Source of the DNA: Nitrososphaerota archaeon
Lineage (GTDB): Archaea; Thermoproteota; Nitrososphaeria; Nitrososphaerales; Gagatemarchaeaceae
NCBI GenBank assembly: GCA_029785615.1
Contig: JAFLZH010000004.1
Location: 20,545 to 84,544 of the forward strand
DNA: 64,000 bases
Direction: 5' to 3'
Position numbers and translations under genes: made by a program. Numbering within the stretch: the first letter of the stretch is position 1; the number at the start of each line of letters is the position of its first letter. Shown piece after piece: positions 10,018 to 18,793 of the stretch. A model generated the notes under the pieces. That model was not told the origin of the DNA. It saw only the letters and a list, made by a program, of their open reading frames with translations, and ran no database searches.

Positions 10018-10772
10018 TTCTCACCCGTTATCGATATCGCGACAGACTTCGGAGTCCCCTTCGTCTTCTCGGCCAGGGCCATGGTCCAGATTCTTCCCGT
10101 GAGAGGCTCGGTCTTCAGGAGGGCCCTCCCTTCGCTGATGAGGAACGCGAGGAGGTATGCCCTCCTGACCTTCATCTCGAAGCTTTCGACCCCGATGAAC
10201 TGGCGGTAGTCGACCCAGTCTCCGTTGGACTCCCTCAGGAGCTCTTCGTACAACTGGGTCAGTTCGACCTCGAACTCCTCCCTGGTGAAGACGCCGGTGC
10301 TGACCAGGTCGGCGTAATCGACCGTCCCCGGCCTGACTCCGTAGTTCCCGAACTGGTCTTTGAACCTCTCAGAGAGCGGGATTAGCTCGCGCCAGTAGAC
10401 GAAGGCCTTCTCCAGCCCCCTGGGAGACAGCTGGTCCACCTGGGCTATCGGGTGCCAGCTCCTGACGAACGCCTCGGTGAGGGCTTCCTTGGAGAGGAGC
10501 TTCACCTTGAGCTGGATGAGAAGAGGGTCGATGAAGAGAGCCGAAGCTCTCGACTTCAGCCACTGGTCCTGAAGCTTCACTATCTGCGCCAGCTCGAGCA
10601 TCGCCTCCGAGTCCACCAACAGTTCGTCCAGGAGCTTGAGCTCCGGGAGCCTCTGCTTCAACAGCAGTATCTTCTCCCTTATGTCCACGTCGAAGGGGTT
10701 CGCGCTGCTGGTCTCGACGTCGCGGCATAGCTCTATCACCCTGAGGTAGTCGTCGAGCTTGGTCTGTTCCAA
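10014..10772 (-). CDS. ScpA/kleisin-like protein
   Basis: NPFDVDI N-terminal motif (cf. ScpA DPWDIDI), acidic middle, C-terminal wHTH (RAYLLAFLISEGRALL). Confidence 0.65.
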   Translation of the reverse strand: MEQTKLDDYLRVIELCRDVETSSANPFDVDIREKILLLKQRLPELKLLDELLVDSEAMLELAQIVKLQDQWLKSRASALFIDPLLIQLKVKLLSKEALTEAFVRSWHPIAQVDQLSPRGLEKAFVYWRELIPLSERFKDQFGNYGVRPGTVDYADLVSTGVFTREEFEVELTQLYEELLRESNGDWVDYRQFIGVESFEMKVRRAYLLAFLISEGRALLKTEPLTGRIWTMALAEKTKGTPKSVAISITGEN

Positions 10773-10776
10773 GAAG

Positions 10777-12783
10777 TTACTTCAGCTCCTTGACCTCGGA
10801 CGAGCCGTGGACCGCCTGGACCGTGATGACGTGGGCGCTCCTGTCGAACACCGTCAGTATCGACGGGGTGATTACGATGTATTGTGAGGCCTCCCTCTGC
10901 TTCATCTGCGACAGAATCATCTTGAACATCGCTTCCCTGTTCTTGGGGTCCATATGTATGTCGAACTCGTCCATCGCCCTCAGGGGGGAGACTATCCTCG
11001 CCTGGAGGGACAGGATGAAAGCCATCAGGGCCACCGACCGCTCCCCGCCGCTCTGGGTGAACGGATCGAGGGTGGTGGGGGCGCCCCCCCTGAACCCGAC
11101 GTATAGGTCGAGGCCGGCGTCTTCGATGGTGTCAGCCTGCTCGAACTTTATGAAGCCGCTGGCGTCCGTTGCGGACAGGACCGCCTGATAGGATGGATCC
11201 ACAGTTTCAACCAGATCTTCCATGGCTTTCCTCCAGATGCCCTTACGCGAGTCCAGCTCCGAGAGCATGGACTTCTTGTTCTCCTGGAGCATTGCGAGCT
11301 TCGCCTTCAGCTCTTCGATGTTGCCAGAGTAGTCGTTGTAGATTTTCTCCGCGTCGTCGGGCACGTCCTGCATCTTTTGGATGTGGGCGGACACAAGCTT
11401 CAGCTCCTCTGAGACTTCATAGGGCTGGCGCGCTGTCTCCATCCTGCCCCCCGCCCTTTCGAGGTCCGGAGCCAGTTTGTCCAGCTCCGCTTTGTACTCT
11501 CTAGCAGTCCTCTCGAGGTCGTGGAGGTCAGACTCCGTCACTCTGATGCGGTACGAGAGTACCTCAGCCTTGACTTTGAAGGACACGTAGCTGTCGGTAG
11601 CGCGCCTGATGAGGTCCTCGGTCTTGGTGATGTCAGGCTGCAGGGAAGAGACTTCTCTGTCCAGCTCCGTCTTGCGGCGCTGGGCATCCTCTTCGGCCGA
11701 TAGGCTCTTTTGCTCGATGTACGCGGCGAGCTCCTTGAGCCTCTTCGCGCTCCTGTCCCCCCCTTTTGACAGGAGCTCGTCAATCGTGGTTGACAGCCCT
11801 GAGAGGTCGTCCTTTATCGACCGGTAGGCGTCGCGAGCCGACTCGTCCTTCGCCTTCTCCGACTCCGCCCGCACGAGGGCATAGTAGAGCTTGCGCAGTT
11901 CCACCTGCTTGTCCAGGAGCGTCTGGTGGGTCTGCTCGGCGTCGGAAGAGACCTCGGTCTGCTGCGACTTCAGGTCTTCAAGGGCCTTCGTCTTCGAAGC
12001 AATCTTCTCCTCGGCGCCCTGTAGTGCCTTGCTGAGCTTGTTCTCAGTGCTCCACAGAAGCTCCTTGGTCAGGAGGTCTCTGTGTTCGATTTGCCTCCGC
12101 TTCTCCTGGTAGCGGTCGTACACCTGCTTCCAGTATTCGAGGGCCTGGTTGGCGTTGTCTATGAGTTGGAGGAGGGAGCTCTCCTCTCCCACCAGTCCGC
12201 CCAGCTCCTGCTCGGCCAACGTGATCCTCTGCCTGTACTCGGAGAACCCGACCGCCTCTTCGACCATCCTCAGGCGCTCCTGGGGGGTGACGGCGCCCAG
12301 CTCCTCTATCATCCCCTGGTGCATGATGATGAGCAGGTTGTCTGGGTTGATGCCGAACTCGCTGAGGAGCCTCACGACCTCGCTCTTGTCTATCTCCTTG
12401 TAGTCCGCCTCGAACCAGTACGAACCGTCGCGCCTCAGGTACCTGCTGAGCATGAAGGTGTCCGACTTCGAGTAGGGAATCGGCCTCCGCCCCGCCTTCT
12501 GGGAGTTGTCGAAGATGAGAGAAACCCGGGCGATGTCTTTACCGCGCCTGATGAGGTCTGAGAGCTTCCTTGACCTTTCGGTGTACGCCTGCCCGAACGC
12601 TACGGAAATGGCGAGGAGGACCGAGGACTTGCCGGCCCCGTTGGGACCGACTACCAGGTTCAAGCCCTCGCGGAGGGGTATCCGGGCATACTCGTAACTC
12701 ATGAAATTCTCCAGGATGATCTCCTTTACTGTGGTAAGATGAGACGGCCTCTCCTGGGAGACCTCTCTGACGCCTCGGGACAA
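10777..12783 (-). CDS. Short SMC-like ABC ATPase (ClsN/Sph/SMC5-6-like)
   Basis: LENFMSY, Walker A GPNGAGKS, Q-loop MHQG, long coiled coil, signature QSGGE, Walker B/D-loop MDEFDIHMD, ITP. Confidence 0.9.
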   Translation of the reverse strand: MSRGVREVSQERPSHLTTVKEIILENFMSYEYARIPLREGLNLVVGPNGAGKSSVLLAISVAFGQAYTERSRKLSDLIRRGKDIARVSLIFDNSQKAGRRPIPYSKSDTFMLSRYLRRDGSYWFEADYKEIDKSEVVRLLSEFGINPDNLLIIMHQGMIEELGAVTPQERLRMVEEAVGFSEYRQRITLAEQELGGLVGEESSLLQLIDNANQALEYWKQVYDRYQEKRRQIEHRDLLTKELLWSTENKLSKALQGAEEKIASKTKALEDLKSQQTEVSSDAEQTHQTLLDKQVELRKLYYALVRAESEKAKDESARDAYRSIKDDLSGLSTTIDELLSKGGDRSAKRLKELAAYIEQKSLSAEEDAQRRKTELDREVSSLQPDITKTEDLIRRATDSYVSFKVKAEVLSYRIRVTESDLHDLERTAREYKAELDKLAPDLERAGGRMETARQPYEVSEELKLVSAHIQKMQDVPDDAEKIYNDYSGNIEELKAKLAMLQENKKSMLSELDSRKGIWRKAMEDLVETVDPSYQAVLSATDASGFIKFEQADTIEDAGLDLYVGFRGGAPTTLDPFTQSGGERSVALMAFILSLQARIVSPLRAMDEFDIHMDPKNREAMFKMILSQMKQREASQYIVITPSILTVFDRSAHVITVQAVHGSSEVKELK

Positions 12784-12900
12784 GCTTCGAGCCTGCGCGG
12801 GCCCCGGGCGCTTTTAGACATTGCCCCCCGGGAGGCCGGAATACAGTTTCACCGACCCCTCTCTCGTGACACCTTAAATCGGGTGGCGGTCCTCTCACCG

Positions 12901-15747
12901 TTGTTGTCTGCTCGGACCGCGTTCGAAGCTCTCGCTCCAGCCGTGAGGGGGTTCCTGGCAGACACGGGGATGGTTGAGCCCACGCCCCCCCAGATCGAGG
13001 CATGGCCCCTCGTCTCTCGAGGGGGAGACGTCCTCGTGGTAGCCCCCACAGGTTCCGGGAAGACCGAAGCCGCAATGCTTCCGCTGCTGAGCAGGCTGTT
13101 GTCTGAAGGTCACGGGGACGGGATTTCGCTGCTGTACATCACCCCCATGCGAGCCCTGAACCGCGACATGCTGAAGCGGTTACAAGCCTGGTGCGCCAGG
13201 CTAGGGCTCACGGTCGACGTCAGGCATGGGGACACCCCCCAGTCCCAGAGGTCGAAGCAGTCGACGCACCCCCCTGACGTCTTGGTAACCACCCCGGAGA
13301 CATTGCAGGCGATACTCCCGGGCCGGAGGATGAGGGACAACTTGTCGCACCTGAAGGCAGTGGTAGTGGATGAGCTCCACAACCTGGTAGAGAGCAAGCG
13401 AGGGGTGCAGCTCTGCGTAGGGCTGGAGCGGCTCCGGAAGGTGGCTCCCGACTTCCAGCTGGTCGCGCTCTCCGCCACCGTCGGGACTCCAGCGGTGGCG
13501 GCCAAATTCCTCTTCGGAAACCGGAGCGTTAAGATCGTGAAGGCTGATGCGCCCAAGGAATTCGCCTTCGCCATCGAGTACCCGGTCCCCGACCCAGCGA
13601 GCCAGTCAGCCGCCAAGGAGACATACTCGGCGCCCGACCTGGCGGCCAGGCTCACCCGGATCAACGCCCTGATCGACGGCCACACTTCGACCCTCATCTT
13701 CGTCAACAGCAGGACCCTCGCCGAGATGCTTGGAGAGAAGCTGGCCAGGCTCAGGAAGGACGTCGGGGTCCATCACGGGTCGCTGCCCAGGGAGGAGCGA
13801 GAGCGGGTGGAGCAGGCGTTCAAGGCCGGAGAGCTGAAGGCTCTGGTCTGCACCAGCACCCTGGAGCTGGGCATCGATGTGGGGTCTGTGGACCTGGTGG
13901 TCCAGTACATGTCACCAAGGCAGGTCACAAGCCTCGTGCAGCGCGTCGGCAGGAGCGGCCACAGGCTCGGGAGGGTCTCCAAGGGCGTCCTCGTCACGGT
14001 CTCGGCGGATGACATCATGGAGTCCACCGCCAGCATCCGCTCGGCCGCCCAGAAGAGGATCGAGCCCACCAGGCCATACTCGAACTCCCTGGACGTGCTT
14101 GCCCACCAGGTCGCAGGGTACCTCATGGACTTCGAGACGATGGAGGCAAGTAGGATGCTGGCGGAGGTGAGGAAAGCAGCCCCGTTCGAGGGCCTCCAAG
14201 ACGACGCATTCCTCAGAACCGTGGGCTATCTCGCAGAGCTCCGGAAGCTCAGATTCGACGGCACGACGCTGTCCAGGACCAGACTGACTAGGGAGTACTA
14301 CTACGAGAACCTGTCGATGATCCCCGACGAGACCAGATACCTTGTCGTGGACGTGTCCACCAACCAGACCGTGGGCATACTGGGCGAGGAGTTCGTCCTT
14401 CTGAAGGCGAAGGTCGGCATACACTTCGTGATCAAGGGGCGGGTGTGGCAGGTGGAACAGATAGCCGAGGACAGGAAGATCTATGTGACCCCCGTTGAAG
14501 ACCCGCTCGCCGCCGTCCCCGGGTGGGACGGCGAGATGCTGCCGATTCCATACGAGCTCGCCGTGGAGACCGGCAGCCTGAGAAGGGAGGTCTCAGACGC
14601 GCTGGACGCGGGTCAAGACGCGGTCGAGAGGGTCGAGGGGCACATCCCCGGGGACACGGCTGCGCGGGCCCTCGTTGTGGACCAGATCGCCGAGCAGAAG
14701 AAGATGGGAGCGTCGGTCCCATCGGATAGGCTGGTCCTCTTCGAAGGTTTCGGCCGGTACCTGATCGTCCATCTCTGCTTCGGGGAGTCGGTCAACAGGA
14801 CGTTCGCCTATGTGTTCGAAGAGATCCTGTCTAGGCGGGGACTGGTGAGAGTCTGGTGGCTCGACGGATACAGGCTTCTGATGGAGCTCACCACGGAGAC
14901 TGGGGAGCTGGACCTTGAGGCGATTGCCACGGAGCTGATGCGCCTGACCCCCGAGGAGCTCGAGAGGACCTATGCGGTCGCCGCCCAGAGGAACTTCCCC
15001 TTCCCTGCTCGAGTGAAGTTCGTGGCCGAGAGGTTCGGAGCGCTGAAGCGGGGCAAATTGATTGCCCACCCCAACCTCTGCTCCCTCCCTACCCGCTTCG
15101 AAAAGACCCCCATCTTCGAGGAGGCCCTGCAGGAGACCGGGAGGGACCTGATTGACATGGGTCACTCGAAGGAGATTCTCATGGCGGTGGCCGGCGGCAA
15201 GATAGCGGTTGAGACCTTCCAAGCGGGTGAGAGGCCCACCCCCATCGCCTACAGTCTCCTCTATCGGTACCTCGAGGTTCCCGAGGCCGTTGCCCCCGAC
15301 TCACTGGGGAAGTCGTCCTACCAGAGGCTGAAGGCGACCATATTCGGGACCGAGGTGAGCCTCCTTTGCGTGAAGTGTGGCTCGGACCAAGGCCAGACCA
15401 CAGTGGGCGAAGTTCCTGAGGAGCCCCGGTGCGGAAGCTGCGGGTCAGGGCTCCTGGCTCCATGTTACTGTGGGACGGCCAAGCTCTCCGAACTGATCAA
15501 GAAGAGAGAGGCCAGGACCCAGCTGAACGAAGAGGAGCGCTCTGAGCTTTCGCGGGCCAGGCGGGGGGCCGACCTGGTCCTGTCGTACGGAAGGAAGGCG
15601 GTCGTCGCCCAGACCGTCTATGGCATCGGCCCGCAGACCGCGTCCAGGATCCTAGCCGAGATGCATGATGACGAGGAGGCGTTCTACAGGGACCTGCTCG
15701 AAGCTAAGATTCGGTTCGTCACGACCAGGCAGTACTGGGGGAGCTGA
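12901..15747 (+). CDS. lhr: Lhr-family SF2 helicase (copy 2)
   Basis: APTGSGKT, DELH, TSTLELGID, QRVGRSGH, C-terminal Zn motif and HhH-like GIGPQTA. Start placed at the TTG after the TTAAAT box (~12874); the ORF track extends to 12739. Confidence 0.92.
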   Translation: MLSARTAFEALAPAVRGFLADTGMVEPTPPQIEAWPLVSRGGDVLVVAPTGSGKTEAAMLPLLSRLLSEGHGDGISLLYITPMRALNRDMLKRLQAWCARLGLTVDVRHGDTPQSQRSKQSTHPPDVLVTTPETLQAILPGRRMRDNLSHLKAVVVDELHNLVESKRGVQLCVGLERLRKVAPDFQLVALSATVGTPAVAAKFLFGNRSVKIVKADAPKEFAFAIEYPVPDPASQSAAKETYSAPDLAARLTRINALIDGHTSTLIFVNSRTLAEMLGEKLARLRKDVGVHHGSLPREERERVEQAFKAGELKALVCTSTLELGIDVGSVDLVVQYMSPRQVTSLVQRVGRSGHRLGRVSKGVLVTVSADDIMESTASIRSAAQKRIEPTRPYSNSLDVLAHQVAGYLMDFETMEASRMLAEVRKAAPFEGLQDDAFLRTVGYLAELRKLRFDGTTLSRTRLTREYYYENLSMIPDETRYLVVDVSTNQTVGILGEEFVLLKAKVGIHFVIKGRVWQVEQIAEDRKIYVTPVEDPLAAVPGWDGEMLPIPYELAVETGSLRREVSDALDAGQDAVERVEGHIPGDTAARALVVDQIAEQKKMGASVPSDRLVLFEGFGRYLIVHLCFGESVNRTFAYVFEEILSRRGLVRVWWLDGYRLLMELTTETGELDLEAIATELMRLTPEELERTYAVAAQRNFPFPARVKFVAERFGALKRGKLIAHPNLCSLPTRFEKTPIFEEALQETGRDLIDMGHSKEILMAVAGGKIAVETFQAGERPTPIAYSLLYRYLEVPEAVAPDSLGKSSYQRLKATIFGTEVSLLCVKCGSDQGQTTVGEVPEEPRCGSCGSGLLAPCYCGTAKLSELIKKREARTQLNEEERSELSRARRGADLVLSYGRKAVVAQTVYGIGPQTASRILAEMHDDEEAFYRDLLEAKIRFVTTRQYWGS

Positions 15748-15783
15748 AAGCCCAATAACAGGATTCGTGGAGGTCAGGACGGG

Positions 15784-16467
15784 TTGGTGCTAGCAGGCAA
15801 GGTCTTCCTCGTGAGGGAGAACTACGAGATCGACACCCTCGCGGAGAAGTTGAAGTCGTTCAGGATAGAGACGGAGACGAGCGTAGAGGGGAAGGAGTTC
15901 AAGCTCGTGTCAGAGATAACAGACCTGGGGGTCGGCAAGGGGTCACTCGAGGGGAAGTTCTCATTTGACTCCGTCTTCGTGGTCCCCCACAGGGGCGAGT
16001 CGGTCCCGGTCCCCAGGACCTATGAAGCGCCTTTCTCCTTCGGAATGTACAAGGATAGGATGTTCCTCACTGTCTACGACAAGAAAAACCGAGCTAACAA
16101 CATAGCGAACGAGATGAGCAAGGCGGTGTTCATGAGCCTTGGTCAGGTGGTCGAGGCCAGGATCGACCCGGAGACCTTACGGAAGTTCCATGAGGCGAAC
16201 TTCGACGACACCAAGGTGATATTCTATTCGGACGTCGACCTGCCTAACATCACCAAGCTGTCCCTCTATGGCGCTGAACTGGGCAACACGAGCCTCTACA
16301 CCGACTACCTTACTCATGGGAAGCTGTGGTACATCGTCTTCAAGAGCAGGGAGTACGGCTACGTGTTCGGGCTCACGAGGAACTGCATCCTGACGGGGTT
16401 CAGCAAGATGGAGCTGTCGGAGTTCAAGAACTTCGTGGGGAGCCAGGTCCTCCCGCTGATAGCGTAG
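15784..16467 (+). CDS. Conserved hypothetical protein, co-oriented between lhr and the phosphoesterase
   Basis: 227-aa ORF with host-like codon usage and a GGAGGT SD upstream; no motif recognised. Confidence 0.75.
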   Translation: MVLAGKVFLVRENYEIDTLAEKLKSFRIETETSVEGKEFKLVSEITDLGVGKGSLEGKFSFDSVFVVPHRGESVPVPRTYEAPFSFGMYKDRMFLTVYDKKNRANNIANEMSKAVFMSLGQVVEARIDPETLRKFHEANFDDTKVIFYSDVDLPNITKLSLYGAELGNTSLYTDYLTHGKLWYIVFKSREYGYVFGLTRNCILTGFSKMELSEFKNFVGSQVLPLIA

Positions 16468-16468
16468 C

Positions 16469-17227
16469 TTGCTGAAGATAGTCCCCGGAGAAGCCGCGCT
16501 AGTGTTCTCTACGGCCGAGAGCAAGACCCTGCTGATATCCGACCTGCACCTCGGCCTGGAGAAGGAGATGGCGAAGAAAGGCTTCCGCCTACCCGCCTAC
16601 TCGGTGAGGATGGTTGAGAGGGTGAAGCGGGCTGCTGAGGAGTATTCGACAACAAGGCTGGTCGTGTTGGGAGACGTCAAGCACACGGTCGGCAAGGTGG
16701 AGGACATAGACTGGGGGGCGGTCCCGTGGTTCTTCGACACCATGCTGGACCTCTTCGAGGTCGTGGAGGTCGTCCCGGGGAACCACGACGGGAACATCAA
16801 GACGGTCCTCCCCCCGCGCGTGAAACTGGACAGGTCTCAGGGGACCACCTTGGGCGAGGGGCGGAAGCAGATCGGGGTTGCCCACGGGCATGCCTGGCCC
16901 TCGGAGGAAGCCATTGCGACGAGGAACCTCGTCATAGGCCACTCCCACTTCACCTACGAGATGCGTGACGGCATGGGCGCCAGGACGAGGGAGTCGGTGT
17001 GGGTGACCGCTGACTACGACGTCGCCAAGCTGATGGAGGGGGCAGGGTACCCCTCCAAGCTCCGGGGGAAGGGTAGGCTGACGGTGATGCCCCCCTTCAA
17101 CAGGCTGGTCGGCGGACAGCCTATCAACAGGAGCAGGTCGTTCGAGTTCGGGCCCGTCCTATCCTCGAGGTCGATAAGCCTCGAAGAGGCAGACATATTC
17201 CTGACAGATGGGACCAGGGTGACCTAG
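16469..17227 (+). CDS. Calcineurin-like metallophosphoesterase (Lhr-associated type)
   Basis: DLHLG, GDVKH, GNHD, HGH, GHSH, MPPFN motifs. Confidence 0.9.
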   Translation: MLKIVPGEAALVFSTAESKTLLISDLHLGLEKEMAKKGFRLPAYSVRMVERVKRAAEEYSTTRLVVLGDVKHTVGKVEDIDWGAVPWFFDTMLDLFEVVEVVPGNHDGNIKTVLPPRVKLDRSQGTTLGEGRKQIGVAHGHAWPSEEAIATRNLVIGHSHFTYEMRDGMGARTRESVWVTADYDVAKLMEGAGYPSKLRGKGRLTVMPPFNRLVGGQPINRSRSFEFGPVLSSRSISLEEADIFLTDGTRVT

Positions 17228-17228
17228 G

Positions 17229-17597
17229 TCATGGGGTCCCGGTGCCGATGGCGCCGGTGATGAGCTTCTCCAGAGATGCCTCTCCCACGGCCCCGATGAC
17301 CGCGTCCATCGGCTGCCCGTTCTTGAATATCATGAACGTCGGGATGGAGAAGACCTGGAATCGGGAAGAGATGTTCATCTCTTCGTCGACGTTCACCTTC
17401 CCGAAGAGCACTCTTCCAAAGTACTTCGCCGCAAGCTTCTCAACCACAGGGTCCATGATCCTGCACGGCCCGCACCATACGGCCCAATAGTCCACGAACA
17501 CGGGCGTGGGCCCAGAGACAGCATCGTCGAAGTTCTCTTCAGTCAGTTTTACGGTGAGTTCGGTCCGACTAGATTCATGGGACATGATATCAGGCAA
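17229..17597 (-). CDS. trxA: Thioredoxin
   Basis: WCGPC active site, SIPT cis-Pro motif. Confidence 0.95.
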   Translation of the reverse strand: MPDIMSHESSRTELTVKLTEENFDDAVSGPTPVFVDYWAVWCGPCRIMDPVVEKLAAKYFGRVLFGKVNVDEEMNISSRFQVFSIPTFMIFKNGQPMDAVIGAVGEASLEKLITGAIGTGTP

Positions 17598-17650
17598 CTC
17601 AGCCTGTGGGTCACGCTGTATATTTAAAATTGGAGGAGAGAAGCAGTGCC

Positions 17651-18211
17651 TTGGACGATTTCATTTCGAAGGTCGCCATGAACCTCGTCAAGGGCGAACC
17701 CGCCTCGAAGGGACTGAGCTCGGCTTCGGTTGCGGTGATACTTCGTGCGGGGGAGCCTGCCAGCGTCCTCCTCATCAAGAGGGCAGAGCGACCCGGGGAC
17801 CCCTGGTCCGGCCAGATAGCGCTGCCTGGCGGGAAGGCCTCTATCAATGACAGGACCCACCGCGACACCGCGATGCGAGAGACGTTCGAAGAGGTAGGGA
17901 TCGACCTCGGCGCCAGGGCGGAGTTCCTTGGATATGGGAAGGCTACGACTACGCACACCGGGACGATGGAGGTGGTCCCCGCCGTCTTCGAGCTGAAGGT
18001 TGGGGTGGAGGTCAAGCCCAACGACGAGGTGGCATCCTACCGCTGGGTTGGGGTCCAGGAGTTCTACGCCCCCCGCGCCAGATCCGTGCACAAGTTCGAG
18101 TCCCAGGGGAGGACCATGGAGATGCCGGCGTACCTGGTGGGGGACTACGTCGTCTGGGGCCTGACCCACCGGGTTCTCAGCTCGGTGCTGGTGGACGCCC
18201 AGGGCGCCTGA
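17651..18211 (+). CDS. Nudix hydrolase, CoA pyrophosphatase-like
   Basis: SGQIALPGG...AMRETFEEVG Nudix box, VWGLT; start uncertain. Confidence 0.88.
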   Translation: MDDFISKVAMNLVKGEPASKGLSSASVAVILRAGEPASVLLIKRAERPGDPWSGQIALPGGKASINDRTHRDTAMRETFEEVGIDLGARAEFLGYGKATTTHTGTMEVVPAVFELKVGVEVKPNDEVASYRWVGVQEFYAPRARSVHKFESQGRTMEMPAYLVGDYVVWGLTHRVLSSVLVDAQGA

Positions 18212-18215
18212 GCCG

Positions 18216-18653
18216 CTATTTCTCTTCCACGAAGTCTTGTATCGCCCTTAGCGTCTGGGGATTCTCGCGGAGGTACTCGGCGAGCCTTTCGAGCCGCCTC
18301 AGGGTGCTGGGATGCACGTGATGCTCTATCCCTTCAGTGTCGACGTATGCGGTCTGCTCATCTACCCCGAGCATGGAGATGAAACCAGAGATGACCCGGT
18401 GCCTCTTGATTACAGACTTCGCCACTTTCTCCCCGGCAGGTGTGAGGCTCATCCCTCGATACCTCTCGTGCTCGAGGAAGCCCTTCCGCGTGAGGTTCCG
18501 CACCATGCTGGACACCGTCGGCGGTCTCACCCCTAGCTTCTCGGAGACGTCAGCTGCGTTGACATACCCCTTCTCGGAGTTGAGGTTGTAGATTGCCTCC
18601 AGATAGTCCTCCAGCCGCGAGATGTCCCGCTTCGACTGCAGCAGCGCCGCCAT
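18216..18653 (-). CDS. mntR: DtxR/MntR-family metal-dependent regulator
   Basis: EDYLEAIY, HTH, RHRVI...EGIEHH. Confidence 0.9.
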   Translation of the reverse strand: MAALLQSKRDISRLEDYLEAIYNLNSEKGYVNAADVSEKLGVRPPTVSSMVRNLTRKGFLEHERYRGMSLTPAGEKVAKSVIKRHRVISGFISMLGVDEQTAYVDTEGIEHHVHPSTLRRLERLAEYLRENPQTLRAIQDFVEEK

Positions 18654-18745
18654 GCCCGTGGGTCGGAACCCTGAGCTCCCGATAAAAAGATTCTCGGGTG
18701 CCCACGAGTTTCATGGATGGACATTTGTGAGGTGTGCTTAGTTTT

Positions 18746-18767
18746 GTTAGATTTATCTAACTTTAAG
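18746..18767 (+). promoter_or_regulatory. DtxR/MntR-type operator abutting the mntH TATA box
   Basis: Perfect inverted repeat GTTAGAT-TT-ATCTAAC (18746-18761) followed directly by TTTAAG. Confidence 0.7.
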
Positions 18768-18793
18768 TAGCCACCACTCCGTCGACGCCGAGG

